DNA from: a virus
IMG/VR virus record: IMGVR_UViG_3300045988_162375
Location: 746 to 64,745 of that record
Strand: one strand, 5' to 3'
DNA length: 64,000 nt
The notes under the pieces were generated by a model. It worked only from the letters and a program-made list of their open reading frames with translations, ran no database searches and was not told the DNA's origin. This document shows, piece by piece, positions 31,197 to 41,281 of this stretch (position 1 is its first letter; each line of letters begins with the position of its first letter). The position numbers and the translations under genes were made by a program.

Positions 31197-32810
31197 ATGA
31201 CTCTATTTATCATTCTCGGTGCAGCACTACTGTTAGTGTTGCTCTCAGTAGTGGGAATTCTCTCACGGTACAGAAAATGTCCTTCTGACAAGATTCTTGT
31301 AATCTTTGGTAAGACAGGGGGCGAAAAATCTGCTAAGTGCATTCATGGAGGAGCAGCTTTCGTGGTACCTATCGTACAGGGTTACAGTTTCATGTCACTT
31401 AAACCTTTGCAGTTTGAGTGTAATCTTCAGAAAGCTCTGTCTTCACAGAATATCCGAGTAGATGTTCCAACTACTGTGACTGTAGGTATTTCTACAGAAC
31501 CTGAAGTAATGCAAATGGCTGCAGAGCGATTGCTTGGATTGACTACTGACCAGATTGAAGATCTCGTTAAGGATATTGTATATGGTCAGATGCGTCTAAT
31601 TGTGTCTAATATGACCATTGAAGAGCTGAACTCTGAACGAGACAAGTTCCTGGAAGAAGTGAAGAATGTTGTTGGTGGAGAGCTTCGTAAGATTGGCCTG
31701 CATCTTATCAACGTCAATATCACTGATATCAGGGATGAGGCAGGTTATATCATCGCATTAGGTCAGAAGGACAAAGCAATTGCTCTTAATAAGGCAAATG
31801 TTGAAATCGCTAAGGCTGAAAAGGACGGTGCAACTCAAACTGCAGAGCAGAACAAAATTAAGAACTCTGAAGTTGCTGTAACCCAACGTGAGGAAGCAGT
31901 TGCGGTCGCAGTGGCAAATGCCGAGCGAGATTCCAAGGTTGCAGAAACTCAGCGTACTCGTGATATCAATGTGGCAACTGCTAAAGCAGAAGGTGAGATT
32001 GGTAAAATCGAAGCTGAGAAGACTGTAACAAACAAGAATGCTGAGTTGGAAGTTGTGCGAGCAGATGCTGAAAAGGCTGCAAACACAGCTCGTGTAAAAG
32101 CAGAAGCTGAAGTCGCTAAGGAGAAAGAGCTTGCTCAAGTAGAAGTTGTTAAGGCTGAAGCAAAAGTGCTGCAAGAGCAAGAACTCGCTCAGAAGACTGC
32201 AGAAGAAGCTCGTGCTCAGCGTCAAGAAGCAGCCTTACATGCTGATAAGATTGTACCTGCAGAAATTTCTAAGAAAGAGAGTCTGCTGCGTGCTGAAGCT
32301 TATCAGCTGGAACAGGAGAAAATCGCAGAAACTAATGCTAATAAGACTAAAATCGAAGCTGATGGTAAAGCGCAAGCTGAAGCTCTCAAGGGTGAAGGTG
32401 AGGCTAAAGCCATTACTGCTAAAGGTCTTGCTGAAGCAGAGGTTGTTCGTCAGAAAGGTTTGGCTCAGGCAGAAGCAGAGAAAGCTTCTCTTAAGGCTCA
32501 GGCAGATGGTTTCCGTGAGATGATCGAAGCTGCCAAAACTGATCCTGCGATTGCAATTCAGTTCAAGATGGTTCAAGAAGGAACCTACGAAAACATTGCT
32601 AAGCAACAGGTTGAGGCTTACAAGCACATGAACTTCGGTAATGTGACCATCATGGACACTACGAAGGGTGGAGGCCTCACAAATGTGATGCAAAGCCTTC
32701 TGTCTCAAGTATCCCCCATGCTGAATGTTATGAAAGAAATGAAAATTCCTGGAGTATCAAAGGCATTGGAAGAGAAAACTGAGGATGCTAAATTTCCTGA
32801 AGTTAAGTAA
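31197..32810 (+). CDS. SPFH/band-7 (flotillin-like) protein with long Ala/Glu/Lys-rich coiled coil
   Basis: 537 aa; N-terminal TM, SPFH-like region, ~250-aa EA-repeat coiled coil (AEAEVAKEKELAQVEVVKAEAK...). Confidence 0.6.
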   Translation: MTLFIILGAALLLVLLSVVGILSRYRKCPSDKILVIFGKTGGEKSAKCIHGGAAFVVPIVQGYSFMSLKPLQFECNLQKALSSQNIRVDVPTTVTVGISTEPEVMQMAAERLLGLTTDQIEDLVKDIVYGQMRLIVSNMTIEELNSERDKFLEEVKNVVGGELRKIGLHLINVNITDIRDEAGYIIALGQKDKAIALNKANVEIAKAEKDGATQTAEQNKIKNSEVAVTQREEAVAVAVANAERDSKVAETQRTRDINVATAKAEGEIGKIEAEKTVTNKNAELEVVRADAEKAANTARVKAEAEVAKEKELAQVEVVKAEAKVLQEQELAQKTAEEARAQRQEAALHADKIVPAEISKKESLLRAEAYQLEQEKIAETNANKTKIEADGKAQAEALKGEGEAKAITAKGLAEAEVVRQKGLAQAEAEKASLKAQADGFREMIEAAKTDPAIAIQFKMVQEGTYENIAKQQVEAYKHMNFGNVTIMDTTKGGGLTNVMQSLLSQVSPMLNVMKEMKIPGVSKALEEKTEDAKFPEVK

Positions 32811-32854
32811 TTAACTTCTTTATGAGCTGTATAGTTAATATGCAGCTCTTTTAT

Positions 32855-32940
32855 CCCGACGCGGCTACGATGGTGGAGTGGCGCAGCACTGTAAATGCTG
32901 TACATCAGAAACTCATGAGGTTCGAATCCTCACGGCGGGA
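32855..32940 (+). tRNA. tRNA-Tyr(GTA), type II
   Basis: Anticodon arm CAGCA-CTGTAAA-TGCTG, 15-nt variable arm, T arm TGAGG-TTCGAAT-CCTCA, A73. Confidence 0.65.
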
Positions 32941-32956
32941 CTAATTTATATTGACA

Positions 32957-33426
32957 TGAAAATTGTAGATAATTTTATATTCTTCTGGGGAGGTTGGTTA
33001 AGTAACTTTCATCCTTGTAGAATAGTATTTGGCTCTAAAGTTTTTAAATCATCTGAACAGCTTTTTATGTATCTTAAAGCTTTGCATTTTGGTGATATAG
33101 AAACAGCAGAGAGGATTCTATTAGCAGAGACTCCAAAGGAAGCTAAAACCCTTGGTAGGGAGGTTAGAAACTTTGATGAAAAATCCTGGAATGAGGTTAA
33201 GATTCAGAAAATGTATCTTGCCTTGGAAGGTAAATTTAGCCAAAATAAAGATTTAATGGATAAACTTAAAGACCCAGCATTAAATGGGAAATTCTTTGTT
33301 GAAGCATCCCCCTTTGATAGAGTCTGGGGTATAGGCTATGATCAAGATCATGCACTTCAAAACCAATCAAATTGGGGAGAAAATCTACTTGGTAAGACTC
33401 TTACCTTTTACAGAGGATCTTTATAA
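32957..33426 (+). CDS. NADAR (YbiA-like) domain protein
   Basis: FFWGGWLSNFHPC...FKSSEQLFMYLKALHFGD...PKEAKTLGREV...ASPFDRVWGIGY match NADAR family conserved blocks; track start 32878 overlaps tRNA-Tyr, so start moved to ATG ~32957. Confidence 0.6.
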
Positions 33427-33433
33427 ACAATTT

Positions 33434-33470
33434 GCGGATATTGACATCGCTCAATATCCGCTTTATTTTT
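33434..33470 (+). terminator. Rho-independent terminator
   Basis: GCGGATATTGA-CATCGC-TCAATATCCGC followed by TTTATTTTT. Confidence 0.55.
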
Positions 33471-33483
33471 AAAACTTAATAAG

Positions 33484-35175
33484 ATGTTTGAAGCAAAAAA
33501 GAAAACATTATTTGCTGTTGATAGCAGTAAATCGGCATCTAAATCAGCCTTTATTCAGGCAGGATTAAAAACTGCAGCAGAAACCACTACAGGTAACGGT
33601 GGTAAAGCCTATTCCAGTACAGGGGATCCCTTCGTTGACCAGTTTGGTAGTACATCTAAGTACAGAGAGATTCGCCCATTTGCAGAAATTGCAAAAGATT
33701 GTGAAATTCTCTGGGCAGAAAATAAAGAAGATACTGTTAAATTTATCTTTTTCTTGCGAATGATTTGTCGTAAGATTAATGATAAAGAGTATGGTACCAA
33801 AGAAGCACAGAAGGGTTCTGAACTTCGTCATGAAGGTATTATGCGTCTCATCTGGCTGCATATCAAAGATAAAGAAGTGTTCTGGAAGAATGCTTGGTTG
33901 ATTCCCTTAGTGGGTTCTTGGAAAGATCTCTTCGTTATGCTTCGTTATGACTTAGTTTATAACGGCTGGGAACACCGAGTTCTGGATTGGCGCCGTTTTG
34001 CAGATCTGATTACTGCTGGCCTTAGTTCTGATTCCCAAACGAATCTTCTTCGTAAGTATCTTCCTCAGATCAAGGCACATTCCAAGTGTACTACAGTAGA
34101 GGCACAAGCAAATTGTATGATTGCAAAATGGCTGTGTTCAGAACTTTACGGTGCGTCAGGAGCAAAGACAGATGCTGAAAAGTATCAGGTATATCGTTCT
34201 TATGCAAAGATGAAAGCCGCAGGGACAGCACATAGCTGGCAACAGCTTATTTCAAAGCAACGATATACAGAGATTGACTTTGATAAGATTCATGGTCGTG
34301 CCTTAAACCTTCTTGTACACTCCAAGTTCTTAGAGAATCATAATCTCAAAGAGAAGTATCAGGAATGGATAGGAGCTCCAGAGACAAAGAAGGTGAAGTA
34401 CACAGGTTTTGTACATGAGCTCTTTAAACCTATTTGTAACACTGCTCCTTATAATATAGAGCAGCATATCAAAGATACTATTAATAAGCAGTTTATGACT
34501 CTTGTTAATAAGTGTAAGGAAGAGGGCAATACTACAGATCTAATTGTAGTACGTGATACTTCTGGTTCAATGGGTGCAGAAGCAACTGGAACTTCCATGT
34601 CTTGTTACAATGTAGGTAAGGCAATTGCTCTGTATTTCTCTTACTTCTTGAGAGGAAGGTTTCAAAATGCATGGATTGAGTTCAACTCGAAAGCTATGAT
34701 GCATGAGTGGAAAGGAGAAACTCCTCTGGAAAAATGGTTTAATGACCATTCAGGGTACTATGGAAGTACAAACTTTGAGGGTGTTATTAACCTCTTTACT
34801 CAGTTGAAACTTGAAGGTGTTCCAGAAGAGGAATTTCCTAAAGGAATTCTTTGTATCAGTGATTGTGAGTTTGATGCTTCAAGTCTGAATAAGACTTCAG
34901 TTGAAAGAGTTCATGATACATTGACAGCTGCAGGATTTTCTAAAGAGTATGTTGATAATTTTGTCATTTGCCTTTGGAATTTGAGAAATGATTACTACGG
35001 ACATAATGTACAAAATCGTGTTCCATTCCAAACTTATGGTGACGTCAAGAATGTCTACTATATGTCTGGATATTCAGCACAGATTGTATCTTTCTTAAAT
35101 GGGAAGGTGCAGACTACACGGGATCTGTTTGATGAGGCTATGAATCAAGAGATTCTGTCTCTCATTAAGATGTAA
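33484..35175 (+). CDS. vWA-domain protein with N-terminal helical domain (Ro60/TROVE-like or DUF2828-like architecture)
   Basis: 563 aa; C-terminal MIDAS-type motif LIVVRDTSGSMGAEATG; large N-terminal alpha-rich domain. Confidence 0.45.
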   Translation: MFEAKKKTLFAVDSSKSASKSAFIQAGLKTAAETTTGNGGKAYSSTGDPFVDQFGSTSKYREIRPFAEIAKDCEILWAENKEDTVKFIFFLRMICRKINDKEYGTKEAQKGSELRHEGIMRLIWLHIKDKEVFWKNAWLIPLVGSWKDLFVMLRYDLVYNGWEHRVLDWRRFADLITAGLSSDSQTNLLRKYLPQIKAHSKCTTVEAQANCMIAKWLCSELYGASGAKTDAEKYQVYRSYAKMKAAGTAHSWQQLISKQRYTEIDFDKIHGRALNLLVHSKFLENHNLKEKYQEWIGAPETKKVKYTGFVHELFKPICNTAPYNIEQHIKDTINKQFMTLVNKCKEEGNTTDLIVVRDTSGSMGAEATGTSMSCYNVGKAIALYFSYFLRGRFQNAWIEFNSKAMMHEWKGETPLEKWFNDHSGYYGSTNFEGVINLFTQLKLEGVPEEEFPKGILCISDCEFDASSLNKTSVERVHDTLTAAGFSKEYVDNFVICLWNLRNDYYGHNVQNRVPFQTYGDVKNVYYMSGYSAQIVSFLNGKVQTTRDLFDEAMNQEILSLIKM

Positions 35176-35183
35176 ACTTAATA

Positions 35184-35215
35184 GGCTCTAGTAGAAATAC
35201 TAGAGCCTTTTTATT
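35184..35215 (+). terminator. Rho-independent terminator
   Basis: GGCTCTAGTA-GAAA-TACTAGAGCC followed by TTTTTATT. Confidence 0.55.
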
Positions 35216-35645
35216 AATAATCTAATTATGGGTAAGTACCTTAAAGATTATCAAATTCCTGATTATTGCGAGGAGGATAAACCTAGAATGCCAAAGCGGC
35301 CTAAGAAGTTTAAAGACCAAGAGGGAGGAAAACCTTTAGTAAAGAAAAAGTTCAAGCGATGAAGAGATGATTCTTAAGAGTATTTAGAAGGTTTAATGAA
35401 CCATCAACTGATAGTTCAAAAGAATTTCCTAAAAAAGTAATTGACTTAGAACAATTTGACGATGTATTCATAGTTACTAATAAAAAAGTATATAAGGCCT
35501 GGGTTATGAAAAGAACCAGTAGACTTTTACAGATTTTTATTTGGGAGTCTAAAAAGGAGGTAATTATAAATACAATTGGACAAGCTAATTCTAGTGTTAT
35601 TCCTTTTGGCAAGGATAGCTATTTAATTATAAATAAAAAAGATAT

Positions 35646-36227
35646 ATGCGATTACTTGTAGTAGTTGATATGCAAGAAGACTTCATCAGAGGTGCATTAA
35701 CGGTTCCTGGTGCTGAAGAAATAATTTCTCCTATAGAGAAATTAGTTAAAGAGTATATAACAGCAGATGATGCTGTCCTTTTTACTCGGGATACTCATTA
35801 TGAGCATAGTGATACTAGGGGATTCAGCTATGCTATGACTCGTGAAGGTAGAAATCTTCCAATTCTTCATTGCGTTTGTGGAACTGAAGGTCATAAGCTT
35901 ATTAAGGAATTTAAGCCTTATCTTCGTTCCTGCTATGTAATGGATAAACTAAATAGGTTTGGATTTATCCAGGATGAGTTTAATGATGCCAAGATAGATG
36001 ATGGAGAATATTTATTCGACATCGCTGATTGCATTACAGAAATTACTTTGGTTGGTGTAGTAACTAATCTTTGTGTTATTTCATGTGCTGTAAGTTTTCA
36101 GCAAATATTCCCTGATGCAGATATCATCATAGATGCTTCCTGCTGTCGTTCCAATAACAATGAACTTCATAACAAAGCTTTAGATGTTATGGAGGGTTTA
36201 CAAATGACTATAATTAATCGTTATTAA
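35646..36227 (+). CDS. pncA: nicotinamidase / isochorismatase-family cysteine hydrolase (PncA-like)
   Basis: N-terminal LLVVVDMQEDF (catalytic Asp), TNLCVISC (catalytic Cys), 193 aa. Confidence 0.55.
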   Translation: MRLLVVVDMQEDFIRGALTVPGAEEIISPIEKLVKEYITADDAVLFTRDTHYEHSDTRGFSYAMTREGRNLPILHCVCGTEGHKLIKEFKPYLRSCYVMDKLNRFGFIQDEFNDAKIDDGEYLFDIADCITEITLVGVVTNLCVISCAVSFQQIFPDADIIIDASCCRSNNNELHNKALDVMEGLQMTIINRY

Positions 36228-36228
36228 T

Positions 36229-37713
36229 ATGTTTAAACCTTGTGGAGCTCTACTGACTGATTTTTATAAGCAGGATCACCAGCGTCAATATGACCCTAGC
36301 ATCACTAAGGTAGTTTCTTACTATGTACCTCGTAAAACTAGGATTCCTGAATTTGATAAGGTAGTAGTTTTTGGTATTCAAGCATTTATTGAGGAGTATC
36401 TGATTGAGTACATGAATGAAACTTTCTTTAACCGTCCCTTAGAAGAAGTTATTGCAGAATATGAATTTGTGATTTCTTCTACTATGGGAGCAGACCGTGT
36501 TAACTCGGATAAAATTAAAAACCTTCATGAATTAGGATATCTTCCTATCGAAATTTGGGCACTTCCTGAGGGATATAAAGTAGGAATGAATATCCCCTGT
36601 ATCGAGATTTCTAATACTAATCCAGAATTTGCATGGTGTACTAATTTCATTGAAACCTTGATGCTCTCTGAGCTTTGGTATCCAATGTGTGTTGCAACTG
36701 CTGTAACTAAATATCGTAGTATCGTAAATGATTTTTATTCTAAAACTTCTGATATTTCTGGTCGTTCTGCTATTTCTGAGTTCGGATTTAGAAGTTTAGT
36801 TGGACTTCATGGTGCTATTAAAGCTTCGTGTGGATTTTTGCTCTCTTTTAATAAGACTGCGACTATTCCTGGCATTATGTATGCTTCAAAGTATTATCAT
36901 ACCCCAATGTCTGTAGTAGGTGGAGGTATGGCTTCTACTGAGCACTCCGTAATGTGTAGTTCTGCTGCCATTGATGGGGATGAAAAAGTTATGATTCGAC
37001 GCCTCCTTACTGAGGTCTATCCTAATGGATCATTCTCTATGGTAAGTGATTCCTATGATTACTGGAATGTTGTCGATGAGATTCTCCCATCTCTTAAGGA
37101 AGAAATTCTCAGTAGAAATGGTACTTTGTATGTTCGTGGTGACTCTGGAGATCCTGTAGAAATTGTAACTGAGACGGTTTTTTCTCTTTGGGAGACTTTT
37201 GGAGGCACTGTCAACTCTAAGGGATATAAAGTCTTAGACCCTCATGTTCGAGCTTTATATGGTGATGGCATCACTCAGTTACGTGCAAAACAGATTTATC
37301 AGATTTTGTATGATAAAGGATTCTCTGCAGAGAATGTTGCACTTGGTGCAGGAGGATTTTCCATGCTTTCTTACATGGATGAGTTTGGGAATGTAGATAT
37401 GTTCTCTCGCGATACATTTAATGTAGCAATTAAATGCAGCTATGTAGAACAAACCATTGATGGAAAAACTAAATCTATCATGGTCTACAAAGATCCTAAA
37501 ACGGATTCAGGAATGAAGAAATCCCACAAAGGATGTTGTGCTGTTTTCTACAACCATGTAACTGGTGAGTTTGATTGTGATGAAGGTATGACACTGAAAG
37601 AAGCTCATAATGAGCCTTTCAATTTACTTCGTCCTATCTTTTCAGATGGAAAAATGAGAGAGCAAACTACTCTCACAGAAATTCGTAGAACTCTTTGGAA
37701 CGGGAAATTCTAA
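36229..37713 (+). CDS. NAMPT/NAPRT-family phosphoribosyltransferase (NadV or PncB, or Namat-like)
   Basis: 494 aa; N-terminal LLTDFYKQDHQRQYDP characteristic of the nicotinamide/nicotinate PRTase family. Confidence 0.55.
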   Translation: MFKPCGALLTDFYKQDHQRQYDPSITKVVSYYVPRKTRIPEFDKVVVFGIQAFIEEYLIEYMNETFFNRPLEEVIAEYEFVISSTMGADRVNSDKIKNLHELGYLPIEIWALPEGYKVGMNIPCIEISNTNPEFAWCTNFIETLMLSELWYPMCVATAVTKYRSIVNDFYSKTSDISGRSAISEFGFRSLVGLHGAIKASCGFLLSFNKTATIPGIMYASKYYHTPMSVVGGGMASTEHSVMCSSAAIDGDEKVMIRRLLTEVYPNGSFSMVSDSYDYWNVVDEILPSLKEEILSRNGTLYVRGDSGDPVEIVTETVFSLWETFGGTVNSKGYKVLDPHVRALYGDGITQLRAKQIYQILYDKGFSAENVALGAGGFSMLSYMDEFGNVDMFSRDTFNVAIKCSYVEQTIDGKTKSIMVYKDPKTDSGMKKSHKGCCAVFYNHVTGEFDCDEGMTLKEAHNEPFNLLRPIFSDGKMREQTTLTEIRRTLWNGKF

Positions 37714-38483
37714 TGAAAGAAGTATATGAAGGAATAGTTTCCTTTCTTAAGAATTATCAAGAACGTACCCATGTGAAAGGGTATGTTCTTGGTATTTCTG
37801 GAGGAAAGGATTCTACTGTAGTGGCCAAATTATTGGTAGATTCTATAGGTAAGGAAAATGTATTAGGTGTGCTAATGCCTAATGGTAAGCAAGCTGATAT
37901 TGAGGATAGTTATACAGTATGTGACTTTCTTGATATTAACTATACTGTTGTTAATATAGAAAATGCGTTTGATGAACTTATTCATCAAATTGATGTTTCG
38001 AAAATAACTACAGTGGAAGGGAATGAAGAAAACATTCCAGTAACGGAAAAGGCTCTTACTAATGTTCCTCCTCGTATTCGTATGACTATTCTATATACTA
38101 TAGCTCAGTCTGTAGGATATCGAGTAGCGGGGACTAGTAATGCTTCAGAATTATTTATTGGTTGGGGAACTAAATGGGGAGATTTGGCATCTGATATTAA
38201 TCCTATTTCTCAATTAACATGTTCTGAAGTTATTTCTTTAGGAGACTATATGGGACTCCCATATGATCTTATACATAAGACTCCTGCAGATGGATTAACA
38301 GGAAAGTCTGATGAAGAAAATTTTGGTTTTACATATAAAGAACTTGACACTCTTATTGTAAAGCAGCGAAATCTTACTTGCACAGGTAGAATACAATGTG
38401 CTTTTACTGAACAAGAATTAAAAATCTTAAAATTACATGAAGCTGCGTATCACAAAGATCATGTAATTAAAATACATTATTAA
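37695..38483 (+). CDS. nadE: NH3-dependent NAD+ synthetase (NadE-like PP-loop ATP pyrophosphatase)
   Basis: PP-loop YVLGISGGKDSTVVAKLL; 262 aa. Confidence 0.6.
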   Translation: MEREILMKEVYEGIVSFLKNYQERTHVKGYVLGISGGKDSTVVAKLLVDSIGKENVLGVLMPNGKQADIEDSYTVCDFLDINYTVVNIENAFDELIHQIDVSKITTVEGNEENIPVTEKALTNVPPRIRMTILYTIAQSVGYRVAGTSNASELFIGWGTKWGDLASDINPISQLTCSEVISLGDYMGLPYDLIHKTPADGLTGKSDEENFGFTYKELDTLIVKQRNLTCTGRIQCAFTEQELKILKLHEAAYHKDHVIKIHY

Positions 38484-38484
38484 T

Positions 38485-39375
38485 ATGGGAAGCGGATCAT
38501 GGAGTTCTAACACATATAAAGCTTTTGCTGATAGCTATACTAAAAAATCCAGAGAAGAAATCTTTCATCAAAGATCTCTACACGAAGAAATGGATCTTAC
38601 AAAAAGTAAGACGCATATTCGAGAATCTAGAGATTCTGAGGAACACCCAGAATCTCTTCCAGTTTTCATTGCATTAGATGAAACTGGTTCAATGGGCTCA
38701 ATTCCTGATAAGATGATCAGGGATTATCTTCCGAAGTTAATGGATTCTATTATTGATTCTATTGGAGTTAAACACCCTCAAATTCTTTTTATGGGAGTAG
38801 GAGATCATGAATGTGATTACTGCCCGTGTCAGGTAGGTCAATTCGAATCTTCAACTGTTGCAATTAATCAATGTCTCTCTAAAATCTATTTGGAGGGTCG
38901 TGGTGGAGGTAATAGTGGAGAATCCTACTTACTTCCTTGGATTATTGCAGGAAATCACACGTCAATTGATAGCTGGGAAAAGCGAAAGCAAAAAGGATTC
39001 CTTTTTACAGTTGGTGATGAACCTACTTTGACAAGAATAAGTAGGGGAACTTTGGCATCCCTCACTGGAATGGAGTATGAGCGTGATTATACCTGGCAGG
39101 AGGCTTATGAACTTGCCTGTGAGAAATATCATGTGTTTCATATCCATGTTCGACATGGAAGTGAACATTATGATGAGGTAGTAGCTAAACAAATGAAAGA
39201 AATTCTTAGAGAAAACTTTATTGTGTGTAAACCTGATGAAGTTGTAGAAGCCATTTGTGAAGCTATGGGTAAAACTCTAAAAGGTAGCTCTTCAGTAATT
39301 GAAGAGGTTTCTGCAGAAAAAACTGTAGAAAATACAGAATCAAAACCTAATATATTTGACATACATCGACGATAA
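38485..39375 (+). CDS. hypothetical protein, possible vWA-like fold
   Basis: 296 aa; motif VFIALDETGSMGS resembles a MIDAS variant. Confidence 0.3.
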   Translation: MGSGSWSSNTYKAFADSYTKKSREEIFHQRSLHEEMDLTKSKTHIRESRDSEEHPESLPVFIALDETGSMGSIPDKMIRDYLPKLMDSIIDSIGVKHPQILFMGVGDHECDYCPCQVGQFESSTVAINQCLSKIYLEGRGGGNSGESYLLPWIIAGNHTSIDSWEKRKQKGFLFTVGDEPTLTRISRGTLASLTGMEYERDYTWQEAYELACEKYHVFHIHVRHGSEHYDEVVAKQMKEILRENFIVCKPDEVVEAICEAMGKTLKGSSSVIEEVSAEKTVENTESKPNIFDIHRR

Positions 39376-40469
39376 TGTATAATATTGTAGTGGGTTGTAC
39401 GTTTGGCGACGAGGGTAAGGGTCAAGTGACTCATGCCCTTTGTTGCGACGCTAAAAGAAAGCGTTTAAAACCTCTGGTTGTTAGATTTTCTGGAGGGCAT
39501 CAAGCAGGGCACACAGTAACTACTTCATCTGGAACAATGCATATATTTTCTTGCTTTGGATCTGGAACATTTGCTGAAGCACCTACCTATTGGATGAAGC
39601 AATGTGTTATGGATCCACTACAATGGATGCGGGAACGAGAGGAGTTGGATTTCTTAGGATGTAATATCCCTATCCAATATTTTGATCCATATGTACAAGT
39701 AACAACTCCTTTTGACGTAATGCTGAATTCTGAAAGGAGTAAAGGTTTTACAGTAGGAAAAGGGATATGGGAGACTGTTCAGAGACAAAGAGAAGGACTA
39801 GCTTTATATGTAAAAGATTTAGCTTTTCCTCAAGTTGTAAAAATGAAGCTCCGATTAATTAGAGAATGGGCGGAAGATAGACTCCAGTTTAAGGAAACTT
39901 ATTCAAGATTTGCTCATGTTTTCGATAACTTAGATTCTTTAGTACATACTTATTGTAAGATTTTTTATCCCAATATAGTATTGGAGGATACGTTATCTAA
40001 ATTAGCATGGAAAGAAAAGACTTCTGTGATATTTGAGGGTTCTCAAGGAGTACTTTTGGACCCTAATATTGGATTTTCACATGAATATACTACCCCACTT
40101 CCATGTTGTCCATCGTGGGACAATCTCCCATTCTTTTTAAGTGATGATCAACTAATATTTAATTTTGTATATAGATCTTATTTAACAAGACATGGTAAAG
40201 GGCCTGTTGGAGGTTCTATATTCAAGGAGATTAATAATCCTTATGAAACAAATTTAAATAATCCTTTTCAAGGGGAATTTCAAACTTATGAATTCAATAA
40301 GGAATTAGTCTTGTATGGAATTGATCATGTTAAATCACACTTTAATCCTGAATATAAGGTAAGGTTGATTGAAACATGTTGTGACATATGTGCAGGACAT
40401 GACTTAGGAATCCCTTATAATTACTCTATCAAAACCTGCAAAAAGAATTTTGACTCTGTATGCAAATAA
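39375..40469 (+). CDS. Adenylosuccinate synthetase homolog, short form (PurA-like, or possibly PurZ-like)
   Basis: N-terminal VGCTFGDEGKGQV and VVRFSGGHQAGHTV match the PurA P-loop/GDP-binding signatures; 364 aa, shorter than bacterial PurA (~430 aa). Confidence 0.55.
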   Translation: MYNIVVGCTFGDEGKGQVTHALCCDAKRKRLKPLVVRFSGGHQAGHTVTTSSGTMHIFSCFGSGTFAEAPTYWMKQCVMDPLQWMREREELDFLGCNIPIQYFDPYVQVTTPFDVMLNSERSKGFTVGKGIWETVQRQREGLALYVKDLAFPQVVKMKLRLIREWAEDRLQFKETYSRFAHVFDNLDSLVHTYCKIFYPNIVLEDTLSKLAWKEKTSVIFEGSQGVLLDPNIGFSHEYTTPLPCCPSWDNLPFFLSDDQLIFNFVYRSYLTRHGKGPVGGSIFKEINNPYETNLNNPFQGEFQTYEFNKELVLYGIDHVKSHFNPEYKVRLIETCCDICAGHDLGIPYNYSIKTCKKNFDSVCK

Positions 40470-41281
40470 TTAACTTTTTATACCCAGAAAAGTCAGAAAT
40501 AAAGTATCGAATTGATACTTATCCTGATTCTCAATCTCATCTTGTACTTGAGTCTGAAATGGATAGACGAAAGTCTTTGTCGATATATACTAGACTGTCC
40601 AATTTGAATGATATTTGGATCCTAATGCAATTAGCTGATATTTGTCATCGTCAAGGTATCCAGATTTCCTTTTTACGAATAGCTTATTTATTTGCAGCAC
40701 GAACTGATAGATTATTTTCTTTTAACGAAGCATTAGATTTGGAGCTTGTTAAAAAATGTCTTATCTTTGTACAAGCAGATCAAATTCTAATATTAGATCT
40801 TCATTCTAATCGTTTAATTGTAGAAGGAATAGGTGATAATGATTGGCCTACATTTTTTACCTTAAACCCAGGTTTTAATATTCCAGAGAGTATTTTATTC
40901 CCTGATGAAGGCGCTTATCATCGTTACAGTGAGCTTTTAGACTTTAATATAAAATATCGTACTACAACGTATGTTGCTACAAAGCATAGGATCTCAAGGG
41001 ATAAGTTAGAGGTAAAATTACCTTCTGAAATAAAGCCAAATACTTCTATTCTAGTTTTTGATGATTTATGTGATGGTGGGGGAACTTTCTTTGCAATTCA
41101 TAAAGCATTACAAGATATGGGAGTAACTGATGTGCATTTACGTGTTACGCATGCTATCCAAAAAGAACCTTTAGTAAAGTTATCAAAACTTTACAAAACA
41201 ATAACAATTACCAATTCTTATAAGGATTGGGATAAAGAAGAACTTCCAAACAATATAAAAGTAATAAGAGTTTATGAATAA
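40460..41281 (+). CDS. Ribose-phosphate pyrophosphokinase (Prs) family protein; possibly an ADPR-PP synthetase-like enzyme
   Basis: Prs motifs LRIAYLFAARTDR (cf. PYFGYARQDR), DLHS, LFPDEGA, ILVFDDLCDGGGT (PRPP-binding loop). Confidence 0.55.
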   Translation: MQIINFLYPEKSEIKYRIDTYPDSQSHLVLESEMDRRKSLSIYTRLSNLNDIWILMQLADICHRQGIQISFLRIAYLFAARTDRLFSFNEALDLELVKKCLIFVQADQILILDLHSNRLIVEGIGDNDWPTFFTLNPGFNIPESILFPDEGAYHRYSELLDFNIKYRTTTYVATKHRISRDKLEVKLPSEIKPNTSILVFDDLCDGGGTFFAIHKALQDMGVTDVHLRVTHAIQKEPLVKLSKLYKTITITNSYKDWDKEELPNNIKVIRVYE

